Of a DNA stretch of 39,890 bases, positions 9,331-19,970 are shown one piece after another. The stretch's first letter is position 1; the number at the start of each line of letters is the position of its first letter. The notes under the pieces were generated by a model. The model was not told where the DNA came from, searched no databases, and saw only the letters and a program-made list of their open reading frames with translations. This DNA comes from Cytophagales bacterium (GTDB lineage Bacteria; Bacteroidota; Bacteroidia; Cytophagales; Spirosomataceae): positions 1-39,890 of the forward strand of contig JANPIG010000711.1 in the NCBI GenBank assembly GCA_031424875.1, given 5' to 3'. Position numbers and translations under genes: made by a program.

Positions 9331-10530
9331 AGTTGCAGAATCTTGGTCAATAAAACGCCGTGTTCCTGGAGCTAACCAATAAGCTACATCTGCCCAAGAA
9401 CCTCCTTTATAGACTCGTGAATGATTATCAACTAAGGAGTTGTTATTTTTCTTATCGTAGTTCTTTTCTTTGTCCAAATAATCACTTCTACGAATAGGAT
9501 TCAAATCACTAAAGTCTTCATAAGATAAAGGACGATACAGGTCGTAAACCCACTCGTTTACATTACCGGCCATTTGATATAAACCGAAATCATTGGCAGG
9601 ATAAGCATACACTTCGTTTGTTACAATAGCCCCATCATTAGATTTACCAGCAATACCAGCATAGTCACCACGCCCACGCTTAAAGTTAGCTAACATTGTA
9701 CCTTTTTTGCGTCCACGAGCGGCACGCATATTAGGTCCGTCCCAAGGATAAATTCTTTGATTTGTCTGATTTTCATCTTCGTATTGTGTTCCTATCATAG
9801 CTTTAGCGGCATATTCCCATTCGGCTTCTGTTGGAAGACGATAGGCAGGAAGAACCTTACCAGATTCAATCTTCAAACGACCCCCAGAAGAGAAAGCAGG
9901 AGTCACAGTTTTGTTAGACTCCGCACCTTTTTTAGCCTTTCCGCTGGTCTTACCTTTCTTATCACCCTTCTGATTTTGCATAGCAATATTGTTATTTACT
10001 GCTGCTGTACGCCAGTTACAATAATCAGAAGCCTGAGTCCATGACACACCCACTACTGGGTACATACGGAAGCCTGGATAACGAAGATATTGTTCAACAT
10101 AAGCATCATTAAATGCCAATTCATTCTTCCAAACCATGGTATCTGGAAGAGCAGACTCATAAAATTCTTGTGATGAATCTTTCTGAATACCATTCAAATA
10201 TTCAAGATAGTGAGAGTTTGTAATTTCTGATTCGTCCATATAAAATGACTGAACAGAAACCGTTCTCTCCAAGTTATCACGTGAATTGATAACGTCTTCT
10301 TCCAAAGCACCCATCGTAAAACGTCCACCCTCGATAAACACCAAGTTTGGTCCCGTAGGTTGTCCTTTGAAGGATTTATCGATCTGAAAACCTCCTTTTT
10401 TGTTGTAAGCAATACCAGTAGCTGTACTGTTTTTGCCCATTTTTACGCTTGAAGGCTTCTTTGATTTACATGAACTGGCTAAGGCAAGTCCAGCGAATAC
10501 AATCGCCATTGATTTAAGGGACAACTTCAT
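9280..10530 (-). CDS. gldJ: Gliding motility lipoprotein GldJ (FGE-sulfatase domain)
   Basis: Lipobox LASSC; GPNLVFIEGGRFTMG, YPVVGVSW, RLPTEAEWEYAA, MAGNVNEW, YKGGSW, IGFRC. Confidence 0.85.
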   Translation of the reverse strand: MKLSLKSMAIVFAGLALASSCKSKKPSSVKMGKNSTATGIAYNKKGGFQIDKSFKGQPTGPNLVFIEGGRFTMGALEEDVINSRDNLERTVSVQSFYMDESEITNSHYLEYLNGIQKDSSQEFYESALPDTMVWKNELAFNDAYVEQYLRYPGFRMYPVVGVSWTQASDYCNWRTAAVNNNIAMQNQKGDKKGKTSGKAKKGAESNKTVTPAFSSGGRLKIESGKVLPAYRLPTEAEWEYAAKAMIGTQYEDENQTNQRIYPWDGPNMRAARGRKKGTMLANFKRGRGDYAGIAGKSNDGAIVTNEVYAYPANDFGLYQMAGNVNEWVYDLYRPLSYEDFSDLNPIRRSDYLDKEKNYDKKNNNSLVDNHSRVYKGGSWADVAYWLAPGTRRFIDQDSATSTIGFRCAMIRAGTNK

Positions 10531-10616
10531 TTGTCAATTAATTTGATTGTCGTGAATAATATGATAATGTACTAACTATCAGGTTTTAGGTATTAAGTAA
10601 AATTGCGAATAATCTA

Positions 10617-10624
10617 CAAATTTA
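10617..10624 (-). promoter_or_regulatory. -7 promoter element TAAATTTG for gldJ
   Basis: TAnnTTTG match in the mfd-gldJ spacer, 87 bp upstream of the ATG. Confidence 0.55.
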
Positions 10625-10680
10625 CATAAATCAGCGTAAAAGTGGCGGGAATAGCTGAGAAGTTTGTTTAATTAGAAAAT

Positions 10681-13600
10681 TTAATTCCCAATGATTTCCT
10701 TCAAAATGCCTTTCAGTTCCTCAATTGATGTGATTTTTTCAAAAATCAAAATCAATTTTCCTTTGGCTTCTTTAAGCGAACATTTCCGAGAATTCATCTT
10801 AACATAATCAAGAATCTTGCCAAAAGTCGCTGATTTATAATACTTTTCGTTCTCTGATGAAACGAAGTAGCATTTAAGATTATTGTTTTTTAGCAATATT
10901 TTTTCGATTCCCAAAACCTCCGCCAGCCATCGTACTCTAACAATTTCAATAATATCAAGCATTTCAGGTGGAATTGGTCCAAATCTATCTTTGACCATCG
11001 TCTCAAATTTGGTCAATTCTTCTTCGTTTTTCATATCATCCAACTGTGTGTAAAGTGATAATCTTTCTGAAATAGAACTCACGTATTTCTCTGGAATTAA
11101 GACAGTTAAGTCGGTTTCTATTTGGCAATCTACTTTCAAGACCTCTACTGTTTGGGAAAGTTGTTTTTCAAATAGCTCTCTGAATTCATTCTCTTTCAAT
11201 TCTTGAACCGCTTCATCCAAAATTTTATGGTATAGCTCATATCCCAAATCATTAATAAAACCACTTTGCTCTGCCCCCAAAAGATTTCCTGCTCCACGAA
11301 TATCCAGATCTCGCATGGCCACTTTAAAGCCATCTCCCAAATCAGAAAATTCTTCTAAGGCACTTAAACGCTTGCGGGCATCACTTGTAAGTAGTGACAA
11401 GGCTGGTGTTAAAAGATAGCAAAATGCCTTTTTATTAGAACGCCCTACCCTACCCCGCATTTGGTGTAAATCAGATAGCCCAAAGTGATTGGCATGATTG
11501 ATAAAAATAGTATTAGCATTGGGAATATCAAGTCCTGATTCGATAATATTGGTGGAAACCAAAACGTCATAATGACCTTCAATGAAACTCATCATTACTT
11601 TTTCGAGTTTGTCACCTTCCATTTGGCCATGAGCAATTCCAACCTTGGCATCAGGCACCATGCGAAGAATAACATTGGCAATAGACTCCAACTCCCCTAC
11701 CCTATTATGCACAAAATAAACCTGTCCTCCCCGTTTTAATTCATAGCTTACTGCATCACGAATAAGCGTTTCACTAAATACTTGAAGTTCTGTGGTAACG
11801 GGCTGACGGTTAGGCGGTGGAGTAGCGATAATAGACAAATCTCTTGCTCCCATTAATGAAAAATGAAGTGTTCTTGGAATTGGCGTAGCCGTTAAAGTCA
11901 AGGCATCAATATTAACTCGCATTTCCTTTAAACGATCCTTCACTTTTACGCCAAATTTTTGCTCTTCATCAATAATCATCAAACCTAAGTTCTTGAATAC
12001 TACATCTTTATTCACAATTCTATGCGTGCCAATGAGAATGTCTGTCTGTCCAGAAGCTACACGTTTAAGCGTTTCTTTGATTTGTTTATCTGATTTGAAA
12101 CGATTAATGTACTCGACCCGACAAGGAAATTTTTCTAAACGGTCTCTGAAAGTTCGGAAATGTTGCATTGCCAAAACGGTCGTTGGTACAAGAATGGCTA
12201 CTTGTTTAGAGTCTGCCACAGCTTTGAAGGCGGCTCTGATGGCTACTTCTGTTTTGCCAAAACCTACATCGCCACAAACTAATCTGTCCATAGGGTGGGG
12301 TTTTTCCATGTCGGCTTTCACATCAGCTGTTGATTTGGCTTGATCTGGAGTGTCATCGTACAAGAATGAGGATTCTAATTCCACCTGCATGAAGGTATCT
12401 TTTGAGAAAGCAAAACCTGGTGCCATGCGGCGTTTGGCATATAATGAAATCAATTCTTTGGCAATGTCTTTAACCTGTTTTTTTACTTTAGATTTACGAT
12501 TATCCCACTCGGGCGAACCCAATTTGGACATTACGGGCGGACCTCCCTCCTTCCCAGAATACTTGGCAATCTTGTGGAGGGAATGGATTGAGACCATCAA
12601 TTGGTCGTTGTCCTTATAAATCAGGCGAATTGCTTCTTGTTCAGAATCACCTATCATCACACGGTCTAATCCTGCAAAACGCCCGATACCATAATCTACG
12701 TGGGTTACGAAATCGCCAATTTGGAGACTTCGTAGTTCCTTCAAGGTCAAAGCTTTGGACTTTGAATATTTATTCTTTTCTCTGAATCGATGAAAACGAT
12801 CGAAAATTTGGTGATCGGTATAACAAACTAATTTCATTTGTTCGTCCACAAAACCCTCTCGCAAAGACACGTTGAGGGCTTGGAATCGTGCATTTCTATC
12901 AATTTCATCAAAAATAGTAGCCAAACGTTCCAACTGTTTGGGCGAATCGGAAGTGATGATATTGGTATAATGCAAGCCCTGATTTTCACGGAGGTTATCG
13001 GCAAGGCGTTTGAAATCTTTGTTGAAAGTGGGTTGGAGTTTAGCAGAGAGTTGGATTTTTTCTGATTTGAAATGAAACCTTCTTCCAAATTCTACCGTAC
13101 CAAATTCTTTCACTAACTTCAAAAAACCTTTCCGAGTCTCGAATAACTGGTTAGGGTCAGAAATAACTTGAATTCCCCCACTTCTAGCGATTATTTCTGT
13201 AAAGTTGCCCTCTACCTTCTCGAAACTCTTTTCAATGACTTCTAAGGTCAATTCAACGTCTTTAAACCAAATTCGAGCATCTTTCGGAAAGAAACTTAAA
13301 AATGATTCACGGGTTTCTTGAACGAGTTTATTTTGAACGTCTGGAATGATATTAATTCTGGAAACGGACTCTACCGACAATTGAGATTCAGGGTCGAAAG
13401 TTCGGATGCTTTCTACTTCATCGCCAAACAAATCTATGCGGTAGGGCAAGTCGTTGGCGTAACTGAACACGTCCACAATTCCCCCACGAATGGAATATTG
13501 ACCTGCCTCATAAACGAAATCAGTTTTCTCAAAATCGTAACTCGCTAAGACTTCGCCCAAGAAACTAGTGTCCAACTTTTCATTGACCGTAATGGTAAAA

Positions 13601-14034
13601 GTATTCTTCAACAACGACCGCCGATTAATAACTTTTTCGGAAAGAGCTTCTGGATATGATACCAACAACAAACCTTCGGGAGAGTTGTTAAGTTTGTTCA
13701 AAACCTCCGCTCGCATGAGTACATTGGCGTTGTCCACCTCCTCGAACTGATAGGCACGTTTGTAGGACATCGGAAAGGACAGGACATTGTTTTCACCAAT
13801 TAAATTCTGTAAATCATTGATGAAATATGCCGCTTCTTCACGGTCAGAAAGCACAAATAGGTGGGTTTGCAAAGGATTGATAAGATGCACCGCCGAAGCA
13901 ATAACAGCGTCTAAACTGCCCACAATGCCCTTTATTTGCACACTCGGATATTCATTCGGCAATTTTATCTGTTCAGCAATCGTCTTCACGAAGCCATCTT
14001 CACGGTAGAGTGTGAGAAAATCTTTAACGAGCAT
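10681..14034 (-). CDS. mfd: Transcription-repair coupling factor
   Basis: UvrB-like N-terminus, CarD/RID (HVDYGIGRF), GDVGFGKT, DEEQKFGV, TATPIPRT, QMRGRVGR, DLDIRGAGNLLG. Confidence 0.98.
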   Translation of the reverse strand: MLVKDFLTLYREDGFVKTIAEQIKLPNEYPSVQIKGIVGSLDAVIASAVHLINPLQTHLFVLSDREEAAYFINDLQNLIGENNVLSFPMSYKRAYQFEEVDNANVLMRAEVLNKLNNSPEGLLLVSYPEALSEKVINRRSLLKNTFTITVNEKLDTSFLGEVLASYDFEKTDFVYEAGQYSIRGGIVDVFSYANDLPYRIDLFGDEVESIRTFDPESQLSVESVSRINIIPDVQNKLVQETRESFLSFFPKDARIWFKDVELTLEVIEKSFEKVEGNFTEIIARSGGIQVISDPNQLFETRKGFLKLVKEFGTVEFGRRFHFKSEKIQLSAKLQPTFNKDFKRLADNLRENQGLHYTNIITSDSPKQLERLATIFDEIDRNARFQALNVSLREGFVDEQMKLVCYTDHQIFDRFHRFREKNKYSKSKALTLKELRSLQIGDFVTHVDYGIGRFAGLDRVMIGDSEQEAIRLIYKDNDQLMVSIHSLHKIAKYSGKEGGPPVMSKLGSPEWDNRKSKVKKQVKDIAKELISLYAKRRMAPGFAFSKDTFMQVELESSFLYDDTPDQAKSTADVKADMEKPHPMDRLVCGDVGFGKTEVAIRAAFKAVADSKQVAILVPTTVLAMQHFRTFRDRLEKFPCRVEYINRFKSDKQIKETLKRVASGQTDILIGTHRIVNKDVVFKNLGLMIIDEEQKFGVKVKDRLKEMRVNIDALTLTATPIPRTLHFSLMGARDLSIIATPPPNRQPVTTELQVFSETLIRDAVSYELKRGGQVYFVHNRVGELESIANVILRMVPDAKVGIAHGQMEGDKLEKVMMSFIEGHYDVLVSTNIIESGLDIPNANTIFINHANHFGLSDLHQMRGRVGRSNKKAFCYLLTPALSLLTSDARKRLSALEEFSDLGDGFKVAMRDLDIRGAGNLLGAEQSGFINDLGYELYHKILDEAVQELKENEFRELFEKQLSQTVEVLKVDCQIETDLTVLIPEKYVSSISERLSLYTQLDDMKNEEELTKFETMVKDRFGPIPPEMLDIIEIVRVRWLAEVLGIEKILLKNNNLKCYFVSSENEKYYKSATFGKILDYVKMNSRKCSLKEAKGKLILIFEKITSIEELKGILKEIIGN

Positions 14035-14243
14035 TTTTTAAGTTTTAAGTTGATAAATTTTAAGTTGTCAAGGAGCAAGTTTTAACAACTTAGCGACTTA
14101 ATAACTTGAAACTTACACAACGACAATAGCCACGAATCGCTTGACTCCAAAGAATCAAAAGCCATTCGTGGCGAGAATAATATCTGTAAAATTAACTGAT
14201 TTTTTGGGGATTTGGTTTCGGAAAATATGAAATGTTTATAAGT

Positions 14244-15185
14244 TTACATTAATGCCTTTTCAACAGACAACTTCATTTTCTCCAAACCAATTTTGGCAAC
14301 TTCCAAAGGGTCTTTTTTCCAATAATCTTCATTAAAAAGTTCGAGAGAAAGCACTATGGGCGTATTTTTGTCGTGGAGCATTTTCAGAATTTTATCCATC
14401 GGTGCCACGCCATCGCCTGGCATAACTCTAAAACTATCGTTTAGGGTTTCACGACTTGGAATGGCGGGATAGTCGTTCATGTGAAAGACTTGCAGATGAT
14501 TTCCACTCAAAAAACTCAAAGCATTCAATTCAGAACCGCCTTTGTGGAGGTGATAAACGTCTGCTAAAATCAGGGCTTTTGGGTGTCCACTTTCAGCAGC
14601 AACAAAAAGTGTTTCGCCAAATAAATGCAGATTTGCGGAAAATCCCCATAGTTCAAGCATGGGCAAAACCCCCATTTTTTCACCCAAATCGCACACTGCC
14701 CGATAACGTGCTGCTGCTTGCCGAAGGTTAATTTCTGCTCCTTGCGTTGCTCCAAAAGGGGGTGCTGCAATGCGTTTACAGCCAATTTGAGCCAAAATAT
14801 CCATTTCACGCTTGGTTTGTTCAAGGGCTTTTTGGCGTTCGTTGGGGTCGTCCACAATCCATGGAGCAAAACCGATGGCATCTTCAATGACGATGCCTAA
14901 ATCTTTTGCTTTTTGTTTTACGTCTTTCAACTTTCCGCCTTCTTTTACGAATGTTTCAAGCGTGCGAATCCAAATTTCGATGCCGTTATAGCCTGCTTTT
15001 GCCGCCAATTCAATTTCCGCCATCAAGCCAAGATTCTGCTTCATGATGGTACTGGTATTAAGACAAAATGTGAAATTTGACTTGACAAGTGGTGAGGCAA
15101 TTGTAGTGTTAGGAAGCGTAAGACCTGTACCAAGTGCAATACTTGATTTGAGGAGATTTCTGCGTGAAATGGGTTCAGATGGCAT
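14244..15185 (-). CDS. Tat-exported sugar phosphate isomerase/epimerase (xylose isomerase-like TIM barrel)
   Basis: SRRNLLK twin-arginine signal; AGYNGIEIW, LE, D.YH, HMND, PGDG, SLELF metal ligands. Confidence 0.88.
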   Translation of the reverse strand: MPSEPISRRNLLKSSIALGTGLTLPNTTIASPLVKSNFTFCLNTSTIMKQNLGLMAEIELAAKAGYNGIEIWIRTLETFVKEGGKLKDVKQKAKDLGIVIEDAIGFAPWIVDDPNERQKALEQTKREMDILAQIGCKRIAAPPFGATQGAEINLRQAAARYRAVCDLGEKMGVLPMLELWGFSANLHLFGETLFVAAESGHPKALILADVYHLHKGGSELNALSFLSGNHLQVFHMNDYPAIPSRETLNDSFRVMPGDGVAPMDKILKMLHDKNTPIVLSLELFNEDYWKKDPLEVAKIGLEKMKLSVEKALM

Positions 15186-15262
15186 GGAGTGTGTTTGCTT
15201 TTGTTTAGTTTAACCACCTAATAAACAAAGAAATACGATGATTATACTCATAAATGGCAAAA

Positions 15263-15751
15263 TCATCGCCCACAGCATTTCTTAAATTTCTTTCCACTTC
15301 CGCATAGGCAGAGAGCGTTGCGGTCGGTGGAAATTGAGTCGTTGGTTTTGGCAGGAATCACTTTTCCAGATACAAAATACCATTTATCATTGGTCTTTTT
15401 GAAAACAGATTTTTCGTGATGGATTTGAGGATTTTTATGGATGTCGATGAAATGAGCCTTGAATTCTACTTCGCCCTCCAATTCGTTTTCTAAGCCTTTT
15501 TGTGTGCTGATTATCTCTAATTTTTGCCAAGTGCAAATTTTTGCCCACGCCTCAATTTCAGCTTTGGATTGAATTCCTCTGGTTGAAATATGGGTGCTAT
15601 CAATGATGTACTGAGAATCAACAATTACATGAGCCGAATATCTCGAACGCATCAAGGCTTCGGCAGTTTCAGCTTGTTTTGTGCCTTCAATGATGGGTTT
15701 GCAACAGTCTTCAAAGGGTAGATTTGAACCGCAATAACACAAATTATTCAT
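15263..15751 (-). CDS. ychJ: YchJ-family SEC-C motif protein
   Basis: CYCGS..F..CC, TAEALMRSRYSA, HHEKS.F, C-terminal RNALCLCGSGKKFKKCCG. Confidence 0.9.
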   Translation of the reverse strand: MNNLCYCGSNLPFEDCCKPIIEGTKQAETAEALMRSRYSAHVIVDSQYIIDSTHISTRGIQSKAEIEAWAKICTWQKLEIISTQKGLENELEGEVEFKAHFIDIHKNPQIHHEKSVFKKTNDKWYFVSGKVIPAKTNDSISTDRNALCLCGSGKKFKKCCGR

Positions 15752-15783
15752 TATAATTTCTTGTATTTCAGTGATTTATAAAC

Positions 15784-16860
15784 TCAATAAAACAACCATT
15801 CAATTGCCTTTGGGAATTCTTTACCCCATTGGTCTTCTGAATGTTTGCCTTCTGGATTAAGCGAGAGATTAATAACTGTTTTCTTTACTCCCTGACGTTC
15901 AAAGGTTTGTTTTAATTTTTCCACATTCGGAATCATGGCTTTGCTTTCTTTTCCGCCCGCATACACATAAATGCGAGTAGGCAGATGTGAAAGAAAATCA
16001 ATGGCATCAAAATAAATATTAGGCGAAATCCATAAGGAAGGTGAAAAGACCATTAATCGCCCAAATGTCTCTGGAAACATCAATCCTGCATAAATACTAA
16101 TCAGTCCGCCCAACGAACTACCGCCAATACCTGTGGATTCACGGTCGGGTAAAGTTCTGAAATTCTTATCAATATATGGTTTTAAGGTTTTGGCTAAAAA
16201 TTGAGCGTACTTTCTACCTTGTCCTTTGCCTAATCGTTCATTATTATAGGGTGAGTACTCTTGAAAACGTTGCTCTTCTCCGTGAGCAATTGCTACAATA
16301 ATTACATCGCCATGACCTCTTGCTGACAATATTGCCAATTGTTTATCTATTTCCCAATTGCCAAAAGATGAACCATTGCCAAAGAGATTTTGAGCATCTT
16401 GAAGATAAATGACAGGATAATTTTTGTTAGACTTTTCGTAATTATGAGGTAAAAGAATATAAACGGCTCGTTTTCTGTCCAATTGCGGTATCTCAAATTC
16501 ATCTGAAATCAGGCGAACTTCGGGCATTAAATTTTCGGGCAGATTTTCACCATCTAATCGCCAGTGAGGGACAAAATCGTGGAAAACTCCTCCCCTATTT
16601 TTAGCAATACGGTTTGGGGTAGCATTGCCAAATTCGTCCAATTCTACTTGATTCCAGCCTCCTTTGGTGTATTTGTACTCAAAAGTTTCGGGTAATTTTA
16701 TGTCATCGGGAAACTTCAATAAATATTTCACTTCTACGACTTTATTGAGTCTAAGTTCCTCTCTATCTGGCAACCATTGATTAAAATTTCCCGACAAAAA
16801 TACGGGTCTTTCATCTTCAACAGGTGTTGAGAGTTCAAAGTATAATACGCTTTTACTCAT
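15784..16860 (-). CDS. Alpha/beta hydrolase (putative esterase) with N-terminal starch-binding-like (CBM20/48-type) domain
   Basis: GNFNQW..EYKYTKGGW N-domain; YLQDAQNLF, GGSSLGG nucleophile elbow. The start is moved to ATG 16860 because the ORF-track TTG at 16887 lies inside a TAATTTTG promoter element (16885-16892). Confidence 0.85.
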   Translation of the reverse strand: MSKSVLYFELSTPVEDERPVFLSGNFNQWLPDREELRLNKVVEVKYLLKFPDDIKLPETFEYKYTKGGWNQVELDEFGNATPNRIAKNRGGVFHDFVPHWRLDGENLPENLMPEVRLISDEFEIPQLDRKRAVYILLPHNYEKSNKNYPVIYLQDAQNLFGNGSSFGNWEIDKQLAILSARGHGDVIIVAIAHGEEQRFQEYSPYNNERLGKGQGRKYAQFLAKTLKPYIDKNFRTLPDRESTGIGGSSLGGLISIYAGLMFPETFGRLMVFSPSLWISPNIYFDAIDFLSHLPTRIYVYAGGKESKAMIPNVEKLKQTFERQGVKKTVINLSLNPEGKHSEDQWGKEFPKAIEWLFY

Positions 16861-17118
16861 TAAGATTGTGGTTATTCTAAAGTACAAAATTACGAAATAT
16901 TTTAATGACCGAGGTCAGTTATGCGTTCAATAGTTGTTATTTTTGTTTGTAAAGAAAATAAACTTACCATTGGAGAAATTGTTTTCTGATTTAATAATAA
17001 AATATTTATTTCAAATGATAACTTCCGAAAACTTCATCAAATTACCTTGTATCTGATAGAGACAAAAGTTAGGGGCAAAGTTTGCTCAAATACTTAATAT
17101 TAATTAACCGAAAACTTT

Positions 17119-17643
17119 ATGCCAAAAATGAAATTCTGTCCACAATGTGGCAAACCGCTTGAACCAAAATTCAGAGACGACCGTGAACGCTTACAATGTA
17201 TTGACCAAAGTGAGGAATGTGGATATGTTTTTTGGAATAATCCAACTCCTGTAGTTGCGGCCATTGTAGAACACGAAGGAGACATTATTTTAGCTCGAAA
17301 TGCCGCTTGGCCCGAAGGTTGGTTTGCTCTCATCACAGGATTTTTGGAAGCTGGCGAAACCCCCGAAGAAGGTGTTTTGAGAGAAGTGAAGGAAGAATTA
17401 AATCTTGAGGGCGAGATAGTGGAACTAGTGGGGTTATACGAATTTCACCGCATGAATCAACTCATCATAGCCTATCATATACGAGCAACGGGCGAGATAA
17501 AACTCAGTGAAGAACTGATTGATTTTCAACGTAAAAAAGACCACGAAATACGCCCGTGGGCAGCGGGAACGGGCAAAGCTCTGCAAGATTGGCAAGCAAA
17601 ACGAGGCATTTTTAATGAAGTAATTTCTTTGGGTAAAAAATAA
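17119..17643 (+). CDS. NUDIX hydrolase with N-terminal zinc ribbon
   Basis: FCPQCG..C..ECG; Nudix box GFLEAGETPEEGVLREVKEELNL. Confidence 0.92.
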   Translation: MPKMKFCPQCGKPLEPKFRDDRERLQCIDQSEECGYVFWNNPTPVVAAIVEHEGDIILARNAAWPEGWFALITGFLEAGETPEEGVLREVKEELNLEGEIVELVGLYEFHRMNQLIIAYHIRATGEIKLSEELIDFQRKKDHEIRPWAAGTGKALQDWQAKRGIFNEVISLGKK

Positions 17644-17728
17644 AGTGCCCGAAAAATAAGAATTTCAAGAAATCGTGCAATTTATTCAAGAATATTTCTA
17701 ATTTTAGAGTCTGATTTTTAACAGCCAA

Positions 17729-18289
17729 ATGAATATTAAAAAGCCAATAGCCATTTTCATTGTATTCATAGCTCTAAGTAGCTGTGAAGTAGCGGATTAT
17801 GTGCAGCCGACAGAGTTGCCCGATGCTACACAAATTGGTAAACAGACGTTTGGCGTAAAGATTAATGAAAGTATTTGGACTCCTTTTCAACGGTATAAAT
17901 CAAATCCTAATTTTAAACCTGTGTCTGTGGTGTGGGGACGTTATCAGGATGAAACGTTGAGATTGACTGTTACGAATCAAGAAACTCGTGAATCCATGAG
18001 TTTTATGATTGATAAAGTTAAGGGCGTGGGAACGTACAAATTCATGACCTATTTCCCTAAAAACGCCATTGAATTTACGCCTTATGCCTCGGTATATCAG
18101 CGTTGTGTGGGTGAAAAATGTGGAGAATATTCAATTGCTCAAAATGCTGAAAATGAGGTTATCATCACAAATTTTGACCCTATTCAAAAGATTTATTCAG
18201 GCACTTTCAAAGTAACGTTTCAGAATAAAGATAATCCTGCGGAGGTGTTTAGTTTGAGAGATGGTAGGTTTGATGTGAAGGGTGTGTAA
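17729..18289 (+). CDS. Hypothetical lipoprotein
   Basis: Lipobox LSSC; LP.ATQ.G.QTFG and SGTF..F..GRFD pattern common in Bacteroidota lipoproteins. Confidence 0.8.
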   Translation: MNIKKPIAIFIVFIALSSCEVADYVQPTELPDATQIGKQTFGVKINESIWTPFQRYKSNPNFKPVSVVWGRYQDETLRLTVTNQETRESMSFMIDKVKGVGTYKFMTYFPKNAIEFTPYASVYQRCVGEKCGEYSIAQNAENEVIITNFDPIQKIYSGTFKVTFQNKDNPAEVFSLRDGRFDVKGV

Positions 18290-18311
18290 GATATAAAATA
18301 AATGAATTTTT

Positions 18312-18346
18312 AAGGACGCCTTCGCTCAAAGCTACGTCGTCCTTTT
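18312..18346. terminator. Hairpin between convergent genes
   Basis: AAGGACG...CGTCCTT outer stem around CCTTCGCTCAAAGCTACGT. Confidence 0.5.
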
Positions 18347-18349
18347 GGT

Positions 18350-19810
18350 TTAAGTGCAAAATTTCAAAATCCCCACCGCCTCTTCAATCTCCTTCAAATT
18401 CATACTCGCAAAGCCCATTCTACAAGCGTTTAGGTTGGGATATGCCAAGCCATTAGATAGATAAAGTCCTTTTTTGCCAACTTCTTCGGAGAGTTTTTCT
18501 AAGGAAATTTTCTCATCAAATTTTGCCCAAATCGCCATACCTCCATCTGGAATTTTGAAGTTTATGGCATTGCCCAATTGCGTTTTAAGTAAATTACATG
18601 TAAAATCTCTTCTTTCTCGATATGTTTTTAGGGCTTTGGCTGTGTAGCGTTTCAGCGTTCCGTTTTCTAACATATCCGCTAAAATTAACTCCAAAATCGT
18701 ATCGCCTTGTCGGTCCATGATTCTGCGATGTTTGGCTAATTCGTTGATAATTTCTTGATTAGCCACTATGTATCCAACTCTGAAAGTGGGAGCAATTCTT
18801 TTAGTAAATGAGCCTAAATAAATCACTAATCCGTGTCTATCGGCACTTGCTAAGGGCAAAACTGGAAGGTTTGCATAGTGATAATCATAGTCATAATCGT
18901 CCTCTATGATGTAGAAACCGTATTTTTCTGCCAAAGCTAAGAGTTTGATTCGCCTTTCGGGTTTGAGCGTAACGGTTGTTGGATGATAGTGATGCGAAGT
19001 AATGTAAATTGCCTTGATTGGTACGTTGCTTGTTCTTTTTTTCTCACAAATTTCTTCAATGGCATCCACCACAATTCCGTCTTCATCAATCGGAATAATA
19101 TTTAGTTTCAAACCCAAACTTTCAAAGGTCATATTGGCGGCACGATAATTCAATTCGCCCACAATAATTTCATCATTTTTCTGAAAAAGAGCCGTTGCTA
19201 TCAAATAAAAAGCCATCTGACTGCCACGGGTCGTGAGGATGTTTTCGGGCGAAATATTCATGCCACGAGTTTCATTCAAAAATTGCGAAAACACTTCCCT
19301 AAAGCGTATATGCCCGTAGGGATGAGTGTATTGCATTATGGAGGAATCTCCAAATTTGATATAATGAGCATATAAACGAGCCAGTTCCTCACGGGGGGCA
19401 AGCCGCACATCGGGGAGTCCGTCATTGAATGCCAAACGATGAGTAATCACGGGTGGAATCATGATAATTTCGTTTTGGGGAATAATCAGATTTGGAATTT
19501 TAGGCTTAAATTTTTGCTTATTATCTGAAAAAGAAATCGGTTTTACGGTTGGTAAATGCTGAGCAATAAATGTTCCTTTTTGAGGAAAAACTTCAATCCA
19601 ACCTTCTAAATAAAGCTCATCATACGCTGCAATGACCGTTTTTCGATGGACATTCAATAAATCAGCCATTTGTCGAGAACCTAATAATTTTGTTCCTGTC
19701 TTCAAAATTCCTGCCTGAATATTTCGAGAAATACCATTGGCTATCTGCACATACAAGGGCAAGGAAGATTCTGTATTGAGTTCGAGTAAAGTTTTGAAAG
19801 GGATTTCCAT
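18350..19810 (-). CDS. MocR/GabR-family regulator (GntR HTH + PLP aminotransferase-like domain)
   Basis: PLYVQIA..G.L..G.KL..SR.MA..L.VHRKTV..AYDEL HTH; IEDDYD, GSFTK, RVGY. Likely true start is MEIPF at 19810, not 19972. Confidence 0.92.
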   Translation of the reverse strand: MEIPFKTLLELNTESSLPLYVQIANGISRNIQAGILKTGTKLLGSRQMADLLNVHRKTVIAAYDELYLEGWIEVFPQKGTFIAQHLPTVKPISFSDNKQKFKPKIPNLIIPQNEIIMIPPVITHRLAFNDGLPDVRLAPREELARLYAHYIKFGDSSIMQYTHPYGHIRFREVFSQFLNETRGMNISPENILTTRGSQMAFYLIATALFQKNDEIIVGELNYRAANMTFESLGLKLNIIPIDEDGIVVDAIEEICEKKRTSNVPIKAIYITSHHYHPTTVTLKPERRIKLLALAEKYGFYIIEDDYDYDYHYANLPVLPLASADRHGLVIYLGSFTKRIAPTFRVGYIVANQEIINELAKHRRIMDRQGDTILELILADMLENGTLKRYTAKALKTYRERRDFTCNLLKTQLGNAINFKIPDGGMAIWAKFDEKISLEKLSEEVGKKGLYLSNGLAYPNLNACRMGFASMNLKEIEEAVGILKFCT

Positions 19811-19871
19811 CTGGACTACTTGATTGTATAAAAGTGGATGAATAATGTAATCCAGTAAAGGTATAAATTTG
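19811..19871. promoter_or_regulatory. Putative MocR operator and divergent promoter
   Basis: CTGGACTAC (19811-19819), TGGAT (19835-19839) and inverted GTAATCCAG (19847-19855), then -7 element TAAATTTG (19864-19871) facing the GNAT operon. Confidence 0.6.
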
Positions 19872-19970
19872 TGGGAAGAAGTGGAAAGTTTATATGTTAA
19901 AAATTTATGAGTACGTACTGCTTTCAAACTAATTGACTTATAAACTTTAAACTCATAAGCTCCAAAATTC

